Origin: a bacterium
GTDB taxonomy: Bacteria > Patescibacteriota > Dojkabacteria > SC72 > WJKH01
DNA: 64,000 nt
Direction of reading: 5' to 3'
NCBI GenBank assembly: GCA_029547225.1
Contig: JAKPPS010000056.1
Span: 25,356 to 89,355 of the forward strand
Shown here: positions 19,552 to 28,997 of the stretch, one piece after another
How the letters are laid out: the number at the start of each line of letters is the position of its first letter
How positions within the stretch are numbered: the stretch's first letter is position 1
Translations under genes and position numbers: made by a program
Notes under the pieces: generated by a model
What the model saw: only the letters and a program-made list of their open reading frames with translations
Database searches by the model: none
Told to the model about the DNA's origin: nothing

Positions 19552-19710
19552 CTGTATTTTTAAAGCAGCTCAGATATTCTGGTTATTGATCGTTTCTTTC
19601 AGATTGTTAAGTAGTAAATATTTGGCTTGCTTTTTTTTTAGGAAAGCTCAAACAGAGTATAATTTTGTTTCTCAAGTATTACTATATATTTCTCTTTCTG
19701 CAAAACAGGA

Positions 19711-19739
19711 TTGAAAAAATTAAGTTGATTTGATATACT
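19711..19739 (+). promoter_or_regulatory. Sigma70-type promoter for tRNA-Val
   Basis: TTGAAA-17 nt-TATACT with extended TG. Confidence 0.6.
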
Positions 19740-19801
19740 GTACTGCTCATTAAATATTAGCTATGTCCTCTTTAGATTATCATAGCAGATAATTGTGTTT
19801 T

Positions 19802-19878
19802 GGACGGCTAGCTCAACTGGTTAGAGCACTTCATTGACATTGAAGAGGTTACAGGTTCAAGTCCTGTGTCGTCCACCA
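19802..19878 (+). tRNA. tRNA-Val(GAC)
   Basis: Acceptor stem GGACGGC/GTCGTCC, D arm GCTC/GAGC, anticodon stem CTTCA/TGAAG with loop TTGACAT, T arm ACAGG-TTCAAGT-CCTGT, encoded CCA. Confidence 0.97.
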
Positions 19879-20380
19879 TTTTTCCTGTAATAATTAGTCG
19901 TTAAGTTTATCTTTTTACATTATGCAAAATAATGAAAGCATAGAAGAGAGATCAAAAAGAATCTTAAAAGAGCTATTAACAAAATATCCCAATAAATCTG
20001 CTTATGACCTTGACGGAAGGGGCTTACATTTTGTATGTGAGGTAGAGCCCGTAGACGAACATCCCGAATATGACAGAGCTGTAGAAGTAATAATATCAAG
20101 CAAACCTCATAAGCATAATATAATGGTACAAAATTATACCATTCTAAAAGGGATTTTAGAGTTACATGTTGATAATGATGTAATTATTCTTAAAGAGGGA
20201 AATAAATACAAAGTGGAGGCTGGCACAGTTCATTGGGCAAAAAGTGATAAAGAATGTTGGGTTGAAATATTTTCAGAACCGGGTTGGACCAAAGAAGATC
20301 ATATTCAAATTAATCAATAGTATCAAGCGAGAGTTATTCTTTGTTTTTATTTTACGGTTGAAAGTGTCGTCCACCATTTT
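19866..20380 (+). mobile_element. Minimal tRNA-integrated cassette bounded by 17-bp att-like direct repeats
   Basis: GTGTCGTCCACCATTTT at 19866-19882 (tRNA 3' end) and again at 20364-20380. Confidence 0.7.
19922..20320 (+). CDS. Cupin-domain protein
   Basis: PHKH...YTILKG.LELHV...GTVHWA cupin motifs. Confidence 0.8.
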   Translation: MQNNESIEERSKRILKELLTKYPNKSAYDLDGRGLHFVCEVEPVDEHPEYDRAVEVIISSKPHKHNIMVQNYTILKGILELHVDNDVIILKEGNKYKVEAGTVHWAKSDKECWVEIFSEPGWTKEDHIQINQ

Positions 20381-20560
20381 CTCATAATCGTTACTGATAG
20401 TAATTAGCTATATACCACATTGGAGAGATGTACTGATAACTGTTTGTGGTAGATGTTTTATTTATGAACATTTCGTGACACATAATTATTGAGAATCATT
20501 ATGACTATTACAATTAAAACGATCTGATTTATTATTGATATTATGATTTCTCATGCGATA

Positions 20561-20589
20561 TTGCACAAACAAATCTAGGGTGGTATAAT
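20561..20589 (+). promoter_or_regulatory. Sigma70-type promoter for the 627-aa ORF
   Basis: TTGCAC-17 nt-TATAAT with extended TG. Confidence 0.55.
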
Positions 20590-20616
20590 AATGCTATAAG
20601 TTGTCAGTCCTAGTGT

Positions 20617-22500
20617 ATGAGTACAACAAATAAACCAGAAATATCATATCTAGATTTACAGAACAATTCAAAAGAAAATACATCTTCAGGAAAAGAAATC
20701 CTCGTAAAAGAATCTGATGATTTTTTGAATTTGAGTTTGGAAAGATTAGTGAGAACTGCAAAATCATCAGCAGTTGACATGATGTCCCAAGATGAAGATA
20801 AAGAAAATGAAAGGCCCAATCAGTTGATTTCCATAATTCAAGAATTCGTAGCGAATCAACAAGATATTCTAATCGAACTGTCATCAAAAATACCTATTAC
20901 ACAACTTGAAATGGCCATACAGAGAAGATTGCTTACAGCAGGAAAGATGTTTATTCCAATAGTAGTACCGAAATTCGATAAAAGAAATGGATCAGATTAT
21001 TTTGCTTCAACTCAATTATATATTTTAGAGCAATTAAGAGCGATATTTAAATATTATGGTATAGAAGGTTGCGATGAACTACTTGCTGATCCAAACAAAG
21101 ATGACATTTCAAATAATGAAGATTATTCTGCAAGAATTGAACAACTTCTTAAAACTGCAATTGATTTACTATCCTTTTCAGACAATAATTTCCTACATGG
21201 AAACAGTTCGAAGGTAATAATAATCACTCAAGATGACGGAAGGAAGGATAGTCAGATTTATCCTGTTTGTTTTCAACATAATCCTAATGACGAAGGAAAT
21301 AATAGAGCCTTAGCCGATGACAGTATAATACGAATCAGCATTAAGGATGATATGACAGCTACTCCAGGCATTAATCCTTCAGAATTACAACAATATTATT
21401 CTACAACCTTCGGAAAAGTTTACAAACCATCTTCAATTACTTTTTACCCAACACATATAACTAATTGGCATGAAAGGATCATAAACGACATGCGTCCTTT
21501 AGACAGTACAGCACTTAGAGCAATTCTTTTGGAGGTTGAATTTATTACCCACGGAGATTTCAGAGCTTCCATTGCAATGTTAGAGCATATGCAGGATATT
21601 TTCCCTCAACTATATAGAAGAATTATGCAGCACTTATATGTAGATAATACTGGTTTTTATAGCGCAGTGGATCTTCAAGATCAGAAGCTATTAAAACAAT
21701 TATACGAAAGATACTTCGAAGAGGAAATTGTACATATTAATAGACTCTTGACTTTCTTAAAACGAGATGGATTATCACGTTTCATTTCTGAGGAGCCATC
21801 AGAAGATAAACGACTTCTATCTCGTAAAGATATCTGTATGATATATAGTATTGCTGCACAGTTCAGAGATGAATCTGCGTACCCAAATGTCTTTATAATC
21901 AATCAATTAATTGCAGAAATTATTGCAAAAGCCTTTTATTACAATTATTATTTTCAAACCGATGGACAAGGATTAGACCTTGTGCATATAACTAAAATTA
22001 CACGATCAATACTTGGATGCGCATTGAATACAGAGGATAGATACTCACAGACACATCGAGATACACTTTTACAGAATCTTTCAAACTTTGATTATTCCCA
22101 CTATTCGGATACTTTCAACGATCTGTATCCAGTAATAAAAATATTAGATGTGTATATGATAGAAATTTTTTCAAAAATATCACCTATGAATCAAGAGGTA
22201 GGATATTTTCATGGACCTGATTCCTATGAACAAATCTTCATAAGCCCGTTTGCTCTTGATTGGCTATTGTTTTGTTACAATATTAAAATGGCAGAAAAGG
22301 CTAAACCTCATAACAATAACACTTCCGATACTACAGATGATTCAGCCGGTGAATCGCCATCTGAAACAAGAAAAACTCCAGATAGGCAATCAATTACATC
22401 CGTAAACCAGAAAGCACTTGACCGTTTGATATATACTATTATAACAAGATTCCCACCAAAGTATGAAGGAGTCTCTCGGACATTTGGAGGTCGAATTTGA
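20617..22500 (+). CDS. Hypothetical protein (627 aa, no recognised family)
   Basis: Long uninterrupted ORF in AT-rich DNA with its own promoter-like sequence. Confidence 0.75.
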   Translation: MSTTNKPEISYLDLQNNSKENTSSGKEILVKESDDFLNLSLERLVRTAKSSAVDMMSQDEDKENERPNQLISIIQEFVANQQDILIELSSKIPITQLEMAIQRRLLTAGKMFIPIVVPKFDKRNGSDYFASTQLYILEQLRAIFKYYGIEGCDELLADPNKDDISNNEDYSARIEQLLKTAIDLLSFSDNNFLHGNSSKVIIITQDDGRKDSQIYPVCFQHNPNDEGNNRALADDSIIRISIKDDMTATPGINPSELQQYYSTTFGKVYKPSSITFYPTHITNWHERIINDMRPLDSTALRAILLEVEFITHGDFRASIAMLEHMQDIFPQLYRRIMQHLYVDNTGFYSAVDLQDQKLLKQLYERYFEEEIVHINRLLTFLKRDGLSRFISEEPSEDKRLLSRKDICMIYSIAAQFRDESAYPNVFIINQLIAEIIAKAFYYNYYFQTDGQGLDLVHITKITRSILGCALNTEDRYSQTHRDTLLQNLSNFDYSHYSDTFNDLYPVIKILDVYMIEIFSKISPMNQEVGYFHGPDSYEQIFISPFALDWLLFCYNIKMAEKAKPHNNNTSDTTDDSAGESPSETRKTPDRQSITSVNQKALDRLIYTIITRFPPKYEGVSRTFGGRI

Positions 22501-22702
22501 TACATCAGGTTTTGTTGAAGCAGCAGGAGATTATGAAATTGAATATTCCGTGAAATTATATTTAAAACACTACAAAGTATAATTTTCAAACCTAATCTTA
22601 ATTTTCAGACAAATCCGAATACAAATCCAATACTTTTTCAACATTTTGCAAAAATTTTAAAAAGCGTATAATAAAATAGATTAACTTTATTATTACGAAA
22701 AG

Positions 22703-23572
22703 ATGAAAAAGGGAATATTTATAGCAATCATATCAGGAGTATTAATAACAGGAGTAATAGGAGGAATATTGCTTTTCAAATATTTAATATTACCCAATTA
22801 CTCACAAGATAAAAAAGAAGACAATAAAACAACTCAAGAAGAAGAACAAAAAGATAGTACAAAATCGGACACTAACAAAAAATCAGACACAAACACCAAT
22901 AGTGAAAACAATAAACAAAACAATGAAAACAGTACAACTCCTAAAATAATAATTACAAGTCCAGAAGCACAAACTAATATCGATGGAAAATTTTTAGTAA
23001 CAGGAGAAGCATTAGCAACCTTGCAAGAAGTGACAATACATGTCCAAGATGATGAGGGGACAATACTTGGACAAGTAATAGCAGGACTTGCTAGCGGAGA
23101 TCCCAATCCTATGCACGGAATATATCAACAGATACAATTAAACAAATCACCTATGACAAAGACGGGTAAAATAGTTGCTTATCCAACAAGCGAAAGTTCA
23201 GATAGTCAGGATCGGGTAGAAGTACCGATAGCATTTGAAGCTGGATTAAGTGCAGAAAGATTAATTGTGTATTCACCTATCAAAGAGATGTATTATCAAG
23301 GTGGCGAAACGACAATATGGGGACAGATGCAAGATTTCTTTGAAGGTACAGGATATGTAAAATTGCTAAACAGTAATGGTGGGACATTGTGGGAAGGTTC
23401 ATTTACATCGTTATCCGAAAATTATAATCAGTTTGCAGATTTCTCATACACATTTGACATGGGACAAATACCTTTGGCAGCTGGAGATGAAGCAAAATGG
23501 GTATTCTATGATGTAAGCATGCAAGATGGATCAACTTCTATACTTGTGGAAATTCCAGTTCAGATTCATTAG
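22703..23572 (+). CDS. Membrane-anchored protein with Gmad2-like Ig domains
   Basis: N-terminal TM, K/N/T/D-rich linker, two beta domains (ITSP...VTGEA; IWGQMQDFFEG..YVKLL.SNG). Confidence 0.65.
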   Translation: MKKGIFIAIISGVLITGVIGGILLFKYLILPNYSQDKKEDNKTTQEEEQKDSTKSDTNKKSDTNTNSENNKQNNENSTTPKIIITSPEAQTNIDGKFLVTGEALATLQEVTIHVQDDEGTILGQVIAGLASGDPNPMHGIYQQIQLNKSPMTKTGKIVAYPTSESSDSQDRVEVPIAFEAGLSAERLIVYSPIKEMYYQGGETTIWGQMQDFFEGTGYVKLLNSNGGTLWEGSFTSLSENYNQFADFSYTFDMGQIPLAAGDEAKWVFYDVSMQDGSTSILVEIPVQIH

Positions 23573-23768
23573 GTATTTTTGGGCTTTTCCTCTGTCAATC
23601 CTACGATTGAGCAGATGAAGCAATCTCGATAATTTACAATAATAATATATGCCCATTGAAAGGTAGAGTCCTAGAAATACCTCAATGACAAGTTTAGTGT
23701 AAGCGTATACGGCCCCTGGAGTAAATCTACTCAAAGTTACCTGCGATAATTAACCTACAACAAAGAGA

Positions 23769-23797
23769 TTGAAACCGTTTTAAAAATATTGTATAAT
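23769..23797 (+). promoter_or_regulatory. Sigma70-type promoter, probably producing a leaderless mRNA
   Basis: TTGAAA-17 nt-TATAAT, with ATG 23804 only 6 nt downstream. Confidence 0.65.
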
Positions 23798-23803
23798 ACT
23801 TTT

Positions 23804-24220
23804 ATGAATTCTACAGATACTGCCATAAAGGAACCACTCAGTCCAGCATATCAAAGTATTACAATACACAATCAAAGTTCTTTACCAAAAGTAGCACTAC
23901 TTTGGGTTAAAGATTTTTTTTACTGGTGGTATTTAAAGATGCCCGTTTTTCACCTTCTTACACTCAGGCGAATAGTAATTGTATTAAATGATCAACTCTC
24001 ATTTTCACTTTTATTGAGGACTTTCTTTACTCCTTGGAAACGAGATAGGAGGGCAACTGGATATTTTGTCGGGATTACAATTAGATTAATCTATCTTCCA
24101 ATAGCTTTTTTTGCAATTGTATTTGCAGTCATATTGTATATCGCATTTATTATTTTCTGGGTTACACTACCAATTATTACTTTTATTTTACTTATCGCTA
24201 CACCGTTTCTACCAATTTAA
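23804..24220 (+). CDS. Small membrane protein upstream of the Clp ATPase
   Basis: FFYWWY and TFFTPWKRD segments followed by a long hydrophobic C-terminus; co-oriented, 53 bp before the ATPase gene. Confidence 0.75.
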   Translation: MNSTDTAIKEPLSPAYQSITIHNQSSLPKVALLWVKDFFYWWYLKMPVFHLLTLRRIVIVLNDQLSFSLLLRTFFTPWKRDRRATGYFVGITIRLIYLPIAFFAIVFAVILYIAFIIFWVTLPIITFILLIATPFLPI

Positions 24221-24273
24221 TACATGATACACTTTGTTAAATTATTAAGCGTTTTGGATAATTACAGATTTAT

Positions 24274-27006
24274 ATGGGAACATTAAGAACAAATAGTAAA
24301 ACCAACCTTCTTGGATATCATGATAAAAGCACCAACAAAGTTGGACTGATGGATCAGGATCAACTTCCAATGCTGATAGATGAAAATTATGCACCGTTTC
24401 TGACAACAAGAGATCATAATTTTGTAATTGCAACACCTGAAATCAAATCAATGATTCAGAATTTTGCTATCACTAAAAATTTTAGGAAGGTTAAAAATAA
24501 TATTGCATCGATATTATTAATCCCTGGTCTTATTATTTCAATAGGTTATATCTTAAAACTGTTTGGATTCTTTGACGATATTTCATTAATAAACAATATA
24601 TTTTCAAATAAATTACTGAATATGTCATTCTGGATAGCTGTACTTGGAATCCTAGTTTTATGGCACGATACTTATCGAAACGAGATACACCCGATACAAT
24701 TACCACAATCGCCCTTAATACCTGAAAAAGAAATTGACCAGATAAAAACGTACGGATTTAAATTCACAAGATATGTAGAACTTGGCACTTGTGGTTTTGT
24801 CTCAGAAGAACTCCAGCAATTTCTCGCTGCAAATACACATGAAGATAATCTCAATTCGCTAAGACTTTTTAATGAACTACTTAAAATTGAAGAGATTGAG
24901 CGAATAATCAAACGATCTAACCTTGATCTAAATCAATCTCAGTATGAAAAATACGATATTAGCAAAGCTACAATACCTGATTATCCTCTGACAGCTGTAA
25001 GATGTTTGCTTACTTATGCGCTCCAAGAAGCAATTTTGACTAAATCACCATCTATCCAGCCTGCTCACATTTTCCTTGCATACTTCAAAGTTTTTCCAAT
25101 CCTCAAAAAATATTTACAATCAAAGAATTCGTCTATAGAGATCATGCGTGAAGTCGAAAGGTATTATCAAGAGGAGAAAAGTCATAATCAAAGCGTAAGT
25201 TTTTTTAATCCTAAAACAAAATATTATCGTACAGGCGGAATAGGGCGAGATTGGATATATGGTTGGACTTATTACCTCGGTAAATTTAGTACAGATTTGA
25301 CTCAAGAAATAATTGGGGTAGATAAAGTATTTGGTATTGGTCATGAAAAAGAGGTCGAGGCAATAGTATCAATTATTGGAAGATTATCAAAAAAAAATAT
25401 ATTATTAATCGGTGAGGCCGGTACAGGTAAATCAAGCCTGATCAAGGGACTGGCACAGAGGATTAACCTCGGGAATGTACCTCCTCAACTTCAAAACAAG
25501 AGGATTATCCAACTTGATCTTACTCAATTGCTTGCTCTCTCAAGTAATGAAAATAACGGCGGAAGTAGTATGGGAGACCAACTTAAAAGAGCACTCGATG
25601 AACTTGCCAAAGCTGGAAACACAATTCTATATATTGATGAGATACAGGAGATAATACCAGCAAAATCAGAGTCAACTGGTCAAAGCATAGCTTCTATAGT
25701 ATTACCATATATTCTGGAAGGAAAATTTCCTGTAATTGGCACGATAAACTATTCTGACTATAAAAAATATTTTTATTCAAATGAATCTTTACGACAAGGT
25801 TTTGAAAATGTTGAAGTAGCAGAACTTTCTCCGAGAGACACTATGTATATTATTGAAAGCCAGATAGATCAACTGGAAGAGAACTATAAACTTTACATTA
25901 CTTTCCCTGCTATTACAGCATCTATTGAATTAGCTCAAAGATATATTTCTAGTCGTAAATTACCTGATAGTGCAGTCAGAGTTATAGAAGCTTCATGTTC
26001 TTGGGCTCAATCTCAAAATATTAAAGTTTTGACCAATGAGCATGTTTCAAAATATATTTCTATACAAACCAATATCCCCGTCGAAAGCATTACAGCCGAA
26101 GAAGCTACTCGCCTTATGAATCTTGAACAAAATATTAAATCAAGAGTAATCGGTCAAGACGAGGCCGTACATGCTATCGTAGAGTCTCTAAAGCGCTCAA
26201 GAACCGATGTAAGAGATCCAAACAAGCCAATCGGTGTATTTTTATTTCTCGGGCCCACAGGTACTGGTAAGACACATTTGGCTAAAGTTATTTCGGAAGA
26301 ATATTTTGGATCTAAAAGCGATATTATCAGGATTGATATGTCAGAATACCAGGACATCAAGAGTATCGACAAATTACTCGGAGTTTCCGGATCAACGGAT
26401 ACATTATCTCAACAAGCTATTTCTCTATTAGATAGAGTAAAATCAAATCCATACACTGTAGTATTATTTGACGAAATAGAAAAGGCGCATCCTCAAATAT
26501 TAGATCTTTTCTTACAACTATTTGATGAAGGTAGATTAACAAGCAATTCTGGTGAAACAGTTAATTTTACAAACACAATTATCATATCAACAAGTAATAT
26601 CGGAAGCAGATTATTACTTGAAGCTCTACAAAAAGATCGTTCATTGTGGGAAGAAGCAAAGGGTAGGGCAATAATTGAACTCCGCCAAGCCATTCGTCCT
26701 GAATTGCTAAATAGATTTGATGGAGTAATTGTATTCGCTCCACATACAATACAAAATCTTATTAAGATTACTGAAATCCTATTAAACGAAATGGCCAAAA
26801 GAATGCTCGAGAAATCTATCACACTTAAGTGGGATAATACCATTCCTATGATTATTGCTGATAAAGCACAGGAACCGGGACTTGGTGCAAGACCTTTAAA
26901 AAGATTTATTCAGGAGAAAATTGAAGGAAAGCTTGCAACGGAAATTATATCCGGCAGCATCAAAAACGGCGATACAGTTGACATACGTGAGAGCTGGTTA
27001 AACTAG
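24274..27006 (+). CDS. ClpA/ClpB-family double AAA+ ATPase with N-terminal transmembrane helices
   Basis: GEAGTGKS, YIDEIQ, RKLPDSA, VIGQDEAV, GPTGTGKT, FDEIEKAHP, RPELLNR and GARPLKR motifs; two hydrophobic helices at about aa 75-130. Confidence 0.9.
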   Translation: MGTLRTNSKTNLLGYHDKSTNKVGLMDQDQLPMLIDENYAPFLTTRDHNFVIATPEIKSMIQNFAITKNFRKVKNNIASILLIPGLIISIGYILKLFGFFDDISLINNIFSNKLLNMSFWIAVLGILVLWHDTYRNEIHPIQLPQSPLIPEKEIDQIKTYGFKFTRYVELGTCGFVSEELQQFLAANTHEDNLNSLRLFNELLKIEEIERIIKRSNLDLNQSQYEKYDISKATIPDYPLTAVRCLLTYALQEAILTKSPSIQPAHIFLAYFKVFPILKKYLQSKNSSIEIMREVERYYQEEKSHNQSVSFFNPKTKYYRTGGIGRDWIYGWTYYLGKFSTDLTQEIIGVDKVFGIGHEKEVEAIVSIIGRLSKKNILLIGEAGTGKSSLIKGLAQRINLGNVPPQLQNKRIIQLDLTQLLALSSNENNGGSSMGDQLKRALDELAKAGNTILYIDEIQEIIPAKSESTGQSIASIVLPYILEGKFPVIGTINYSDYKKYFYSNESLRQGFENVEVAELSPRDTMYIIESQIDQLEENYKLYITFPAITASIELAQRYISSRKLPDSAVRVIEASCSWAQSQNIKVLTNEHVSKYISIQTNIPVESITAEEATRLMNLEQNIKSRVIGQDEAVHAIVESLKRSRTDVRDPNKPIGVFLFLGPTGTGKTHLAKVISEEYFGSKSDIIRIDMSEYQDIKSIDKLLGVSGSTDTLSQQAISLLDRVKSNPYTVVLFDEIEKAHPQILDLFLQLFDEGRLTSNSGETVNFTNTIIISTSNIGSRLLLEALQKDRSLWEEAKGRAIIELRQAIRPELLNRFDGVIVFAPHTIQNLIKITEILLNEMAKRMLEKSITLKWDNTIPMIIADKAQEPGLGARPLKRFIQEKIEGKLATEIISGSIKNGDTVDIRESWLN

Positions 27007-27069
27007 ATATTTCAGCATTTTACCAAAGAATAATCATTATCGATTTAAACAAGTGAGTATCCTGTTTTT

Positions 27070-27124
27070 TGTATCCGAGCGCTACCCGCAAACACATCTC
27101 TGCCCATCGCTATAAAATCGCTTT
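27070..27124 (+). repeat. Dispersed intergenic repeat, copy C
   Basis: CCATCGCTATAAAATCGCTTT (27104-27124) matches the reverse complement of 60495-60515 at 19/21 positions, with colinear flanking matches. Confidence 0.55.
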
Positions 27125-27301
27125 CAGAAGGCGATCATTGTCACAATTCAAACAATAAAAAAATTACAGAAATTAGTAGTATCGTTATATTTAAGTAGCT
27201 CGAAATAAATAATTTTGACTGAATAGTAAATGAAATTAGGTTTTGGTTTAGTTCGATTATTGCCATCAGGAATTGTAGAAATAAATAATTTAAAATAGCA
27301 G

Positions 27302-27330
27302 TTGATATATTTCGTAAAATTAATTATAAT
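27302..27330 (+). promoter_or_regulatory. Sigma70-type promoter for the rpmF cluster
   Basis: TTGATA-17 nt-TATAAT. Confidence 0.6.
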
Positions 27331-27363
27331 AACGAGAATCTACTAATTTGAATACGTAAAGAA

Positions 27364-27618
27364 ATGGGTGCACTACCAAAAAGAAAAATTTCTAAAGCTA
27401 GAAAAGGCAGAAGAAGATCTCACAATGCTCTAACTTCACCAGCAATGTCAGTTTGTCCAAAGTGTGGCAAACCAAAGCGACCACATTTTAAATGTGAATA
27501 CTGTGGACATTACGGCAGTTTCAAAAGAGAATCAACTGATACAAAAGCAAATACTAGTGAGAAGAAAGTAAGTACCGCTCAAGCTACAAAAAAAGCTAAA
27601 GCTGTAGAAAAAAAGTAA
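27364..27618 (+). CDS. rpmF: 50S ribosomal protein L32 (Zn-ribbon type, C-terminal extension)
   Basis: MGALPKRKISK..KGRRRSH, CPKCG and CEYCG motifs. Confidence 0.95.
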   Translation: MGALPKRKISKARKGRRRSHNALTSPAMSVCPKCGKPKRPHFKCEYCGHYGSFKRESTDTKANTSEKKVSTAQATKKAKAVEKK

Positions 27619-27630
27619 AAATTTACTCAA

Positions 27631-28155
27631 ATGAAAACAAACCGCGATCCGAGACATCATTCAAGAATATTGGCTTTACAGCAGTTATATTCCTATCATT
27701 TTCATATTAAGAGTGCTGAAGCTAAAATCGATTATGAAGTCGACGAACTCGCAAAACTTGATCTAATTAATGATTTTCAGGACACTCTATACACTCAAAT
27801 AGTCGATGGTGTAAAAGAAAATTTAGAAAGTATTGATAGTTTTATTACAAAACGTGCTCCACAGTGGCCAATCGATCAAATTAAGAAGATCGATCTCGAA
27901 ATAATGCGAATAGCAATATATGAAGGTTTTATTTCTCAAATAACTCCACCAAAAGTTGCTATAGATGAAGCAATAGAACTTGCAAAGAAATTTGGAGGTG
28001 AAACAAGCAGTAAATTTGTTAATGGAGTTCTTGGATCACTTTTTGAAACCAATAATCAGAATGATTCTAGCAAAAATAAAGTAGTTAAAACTGATAAGAG
28101 TCCTGCAGTAAATAAAAAAATTAAATCAACTGTTAAGAAATCTTTATTACTATAG
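27631..28155 (+). CDS. nusB: Transcription antitermination factor NusB
   Basis: [24 protein letters not shown] and FVNGVLG motifs. Confidence 0.95.
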   Translation: MKTNRDPRHHSRILALQQLYSYHFHIKSAEAKIDYEVDELAKLDLINDFQDTLYTQIVDGVKENLESIDSFITKRAPQWPIDQIKKIDLEIMRIAIYEGFISQITPPKVAIDEAIELAKKFGGETSSKFVNGVLGSLFETNNQNDSSKNKVVKTDKSPAVNKKIKSTVKKSLLL

Positions 28156-28243
28156 TATTAGCAATAAGCTTTGTTGGAAAAAATACTTACAAGAAAATAC
28201 GATTATCATAAATATACGAATAAAATAAATCTTACCAAAAATC

Positions 28244-28963
28244 ATGAAAACAAATCCAGATGTAAAGGAAATAACTACAAAACTTGGTATAAAAATAAAA
28301 AAAATTGAGCTTTACGAAATTGCATTTACTCATAGATCCTATTTAAATGAAGCAAAAAAAGAAATACGTGCCCACAATGAACGCTTAGAGTTTTTAGGGG
28401 ATGCTGTTCTTGAGCTAATAATCTCAGAATATTTATATACCAAACATCCTGACCATCCAGAAGGAGATCTCACAAGTTTCAGATCAGCGATTGTAAAAGC
28501 ACCATCATTAGCAAAATTTGCTAAAGACTTTGGTTTCGGCGAGTATCTACGAATGTCAAAGGGAGAAGAAATCACTGGTGGAAGAACAAAAGACTACCTT
28601 TTAGCAAATACCTTTGAATCATTTTTAGGAGCGTTATACATCGATTTAGGCTATAAAGAGTGCCAAAAATTCATTTACAAGCACTTAGTTCCCGAACTAG
28701 AGAATATTATTGCCAACCGTCTTGATGTTGATCAAAAATCCAAATTTCAAGAAATGGCACAAAGCCTTTTTAAGTTAACTCCGGAATACAAACTTCTTAA
28801 AGAAGAAGGACCTGATCATGAGAAAATCTTTACTATGGCAGTATTTCTTGGCGAAAAACAATATGGTATTGGGAAAGGTCCAAGTAAACAGAAAGCAGAG
28901 GAAGAAGCCGCTTTGAACTCTCTAAAGATGCTTAGAGAAGATAAAAGTGTGATTACCTCTTGA
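28244..28963 (+). CDS. rnc: Ribonuclease III
   Basis: NERLEFLGDAVL signature; dsRBD with GPDHEK and SKQKAEEEAA. Confidence 0.97.
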   Translation: MKTNPDVKEITTKLGIKIKKIELYEIAFTHRSYLNEAKKEIRAHNERLEFLGDAVLELIISEYLYTKHPDHPEGDLTSFRSAIVKAPSLAKFAKDFGFGEYLRMSKGEEITGGRTKDYLLANTFESFLGALYIDLGYKECQKFIYKHLVPELENIIANRLDVDQKSKFQEMAQSLFKLTPEYKLLKEEGPDHEKIFTMAVFLGEKQYGIGKGPSKQKAEEEAALNSLKMLREDKSVITS

Positions 28964-28997
28964 ATTAATTAAATTGTTCTGATAAAATCAGTAAGCT

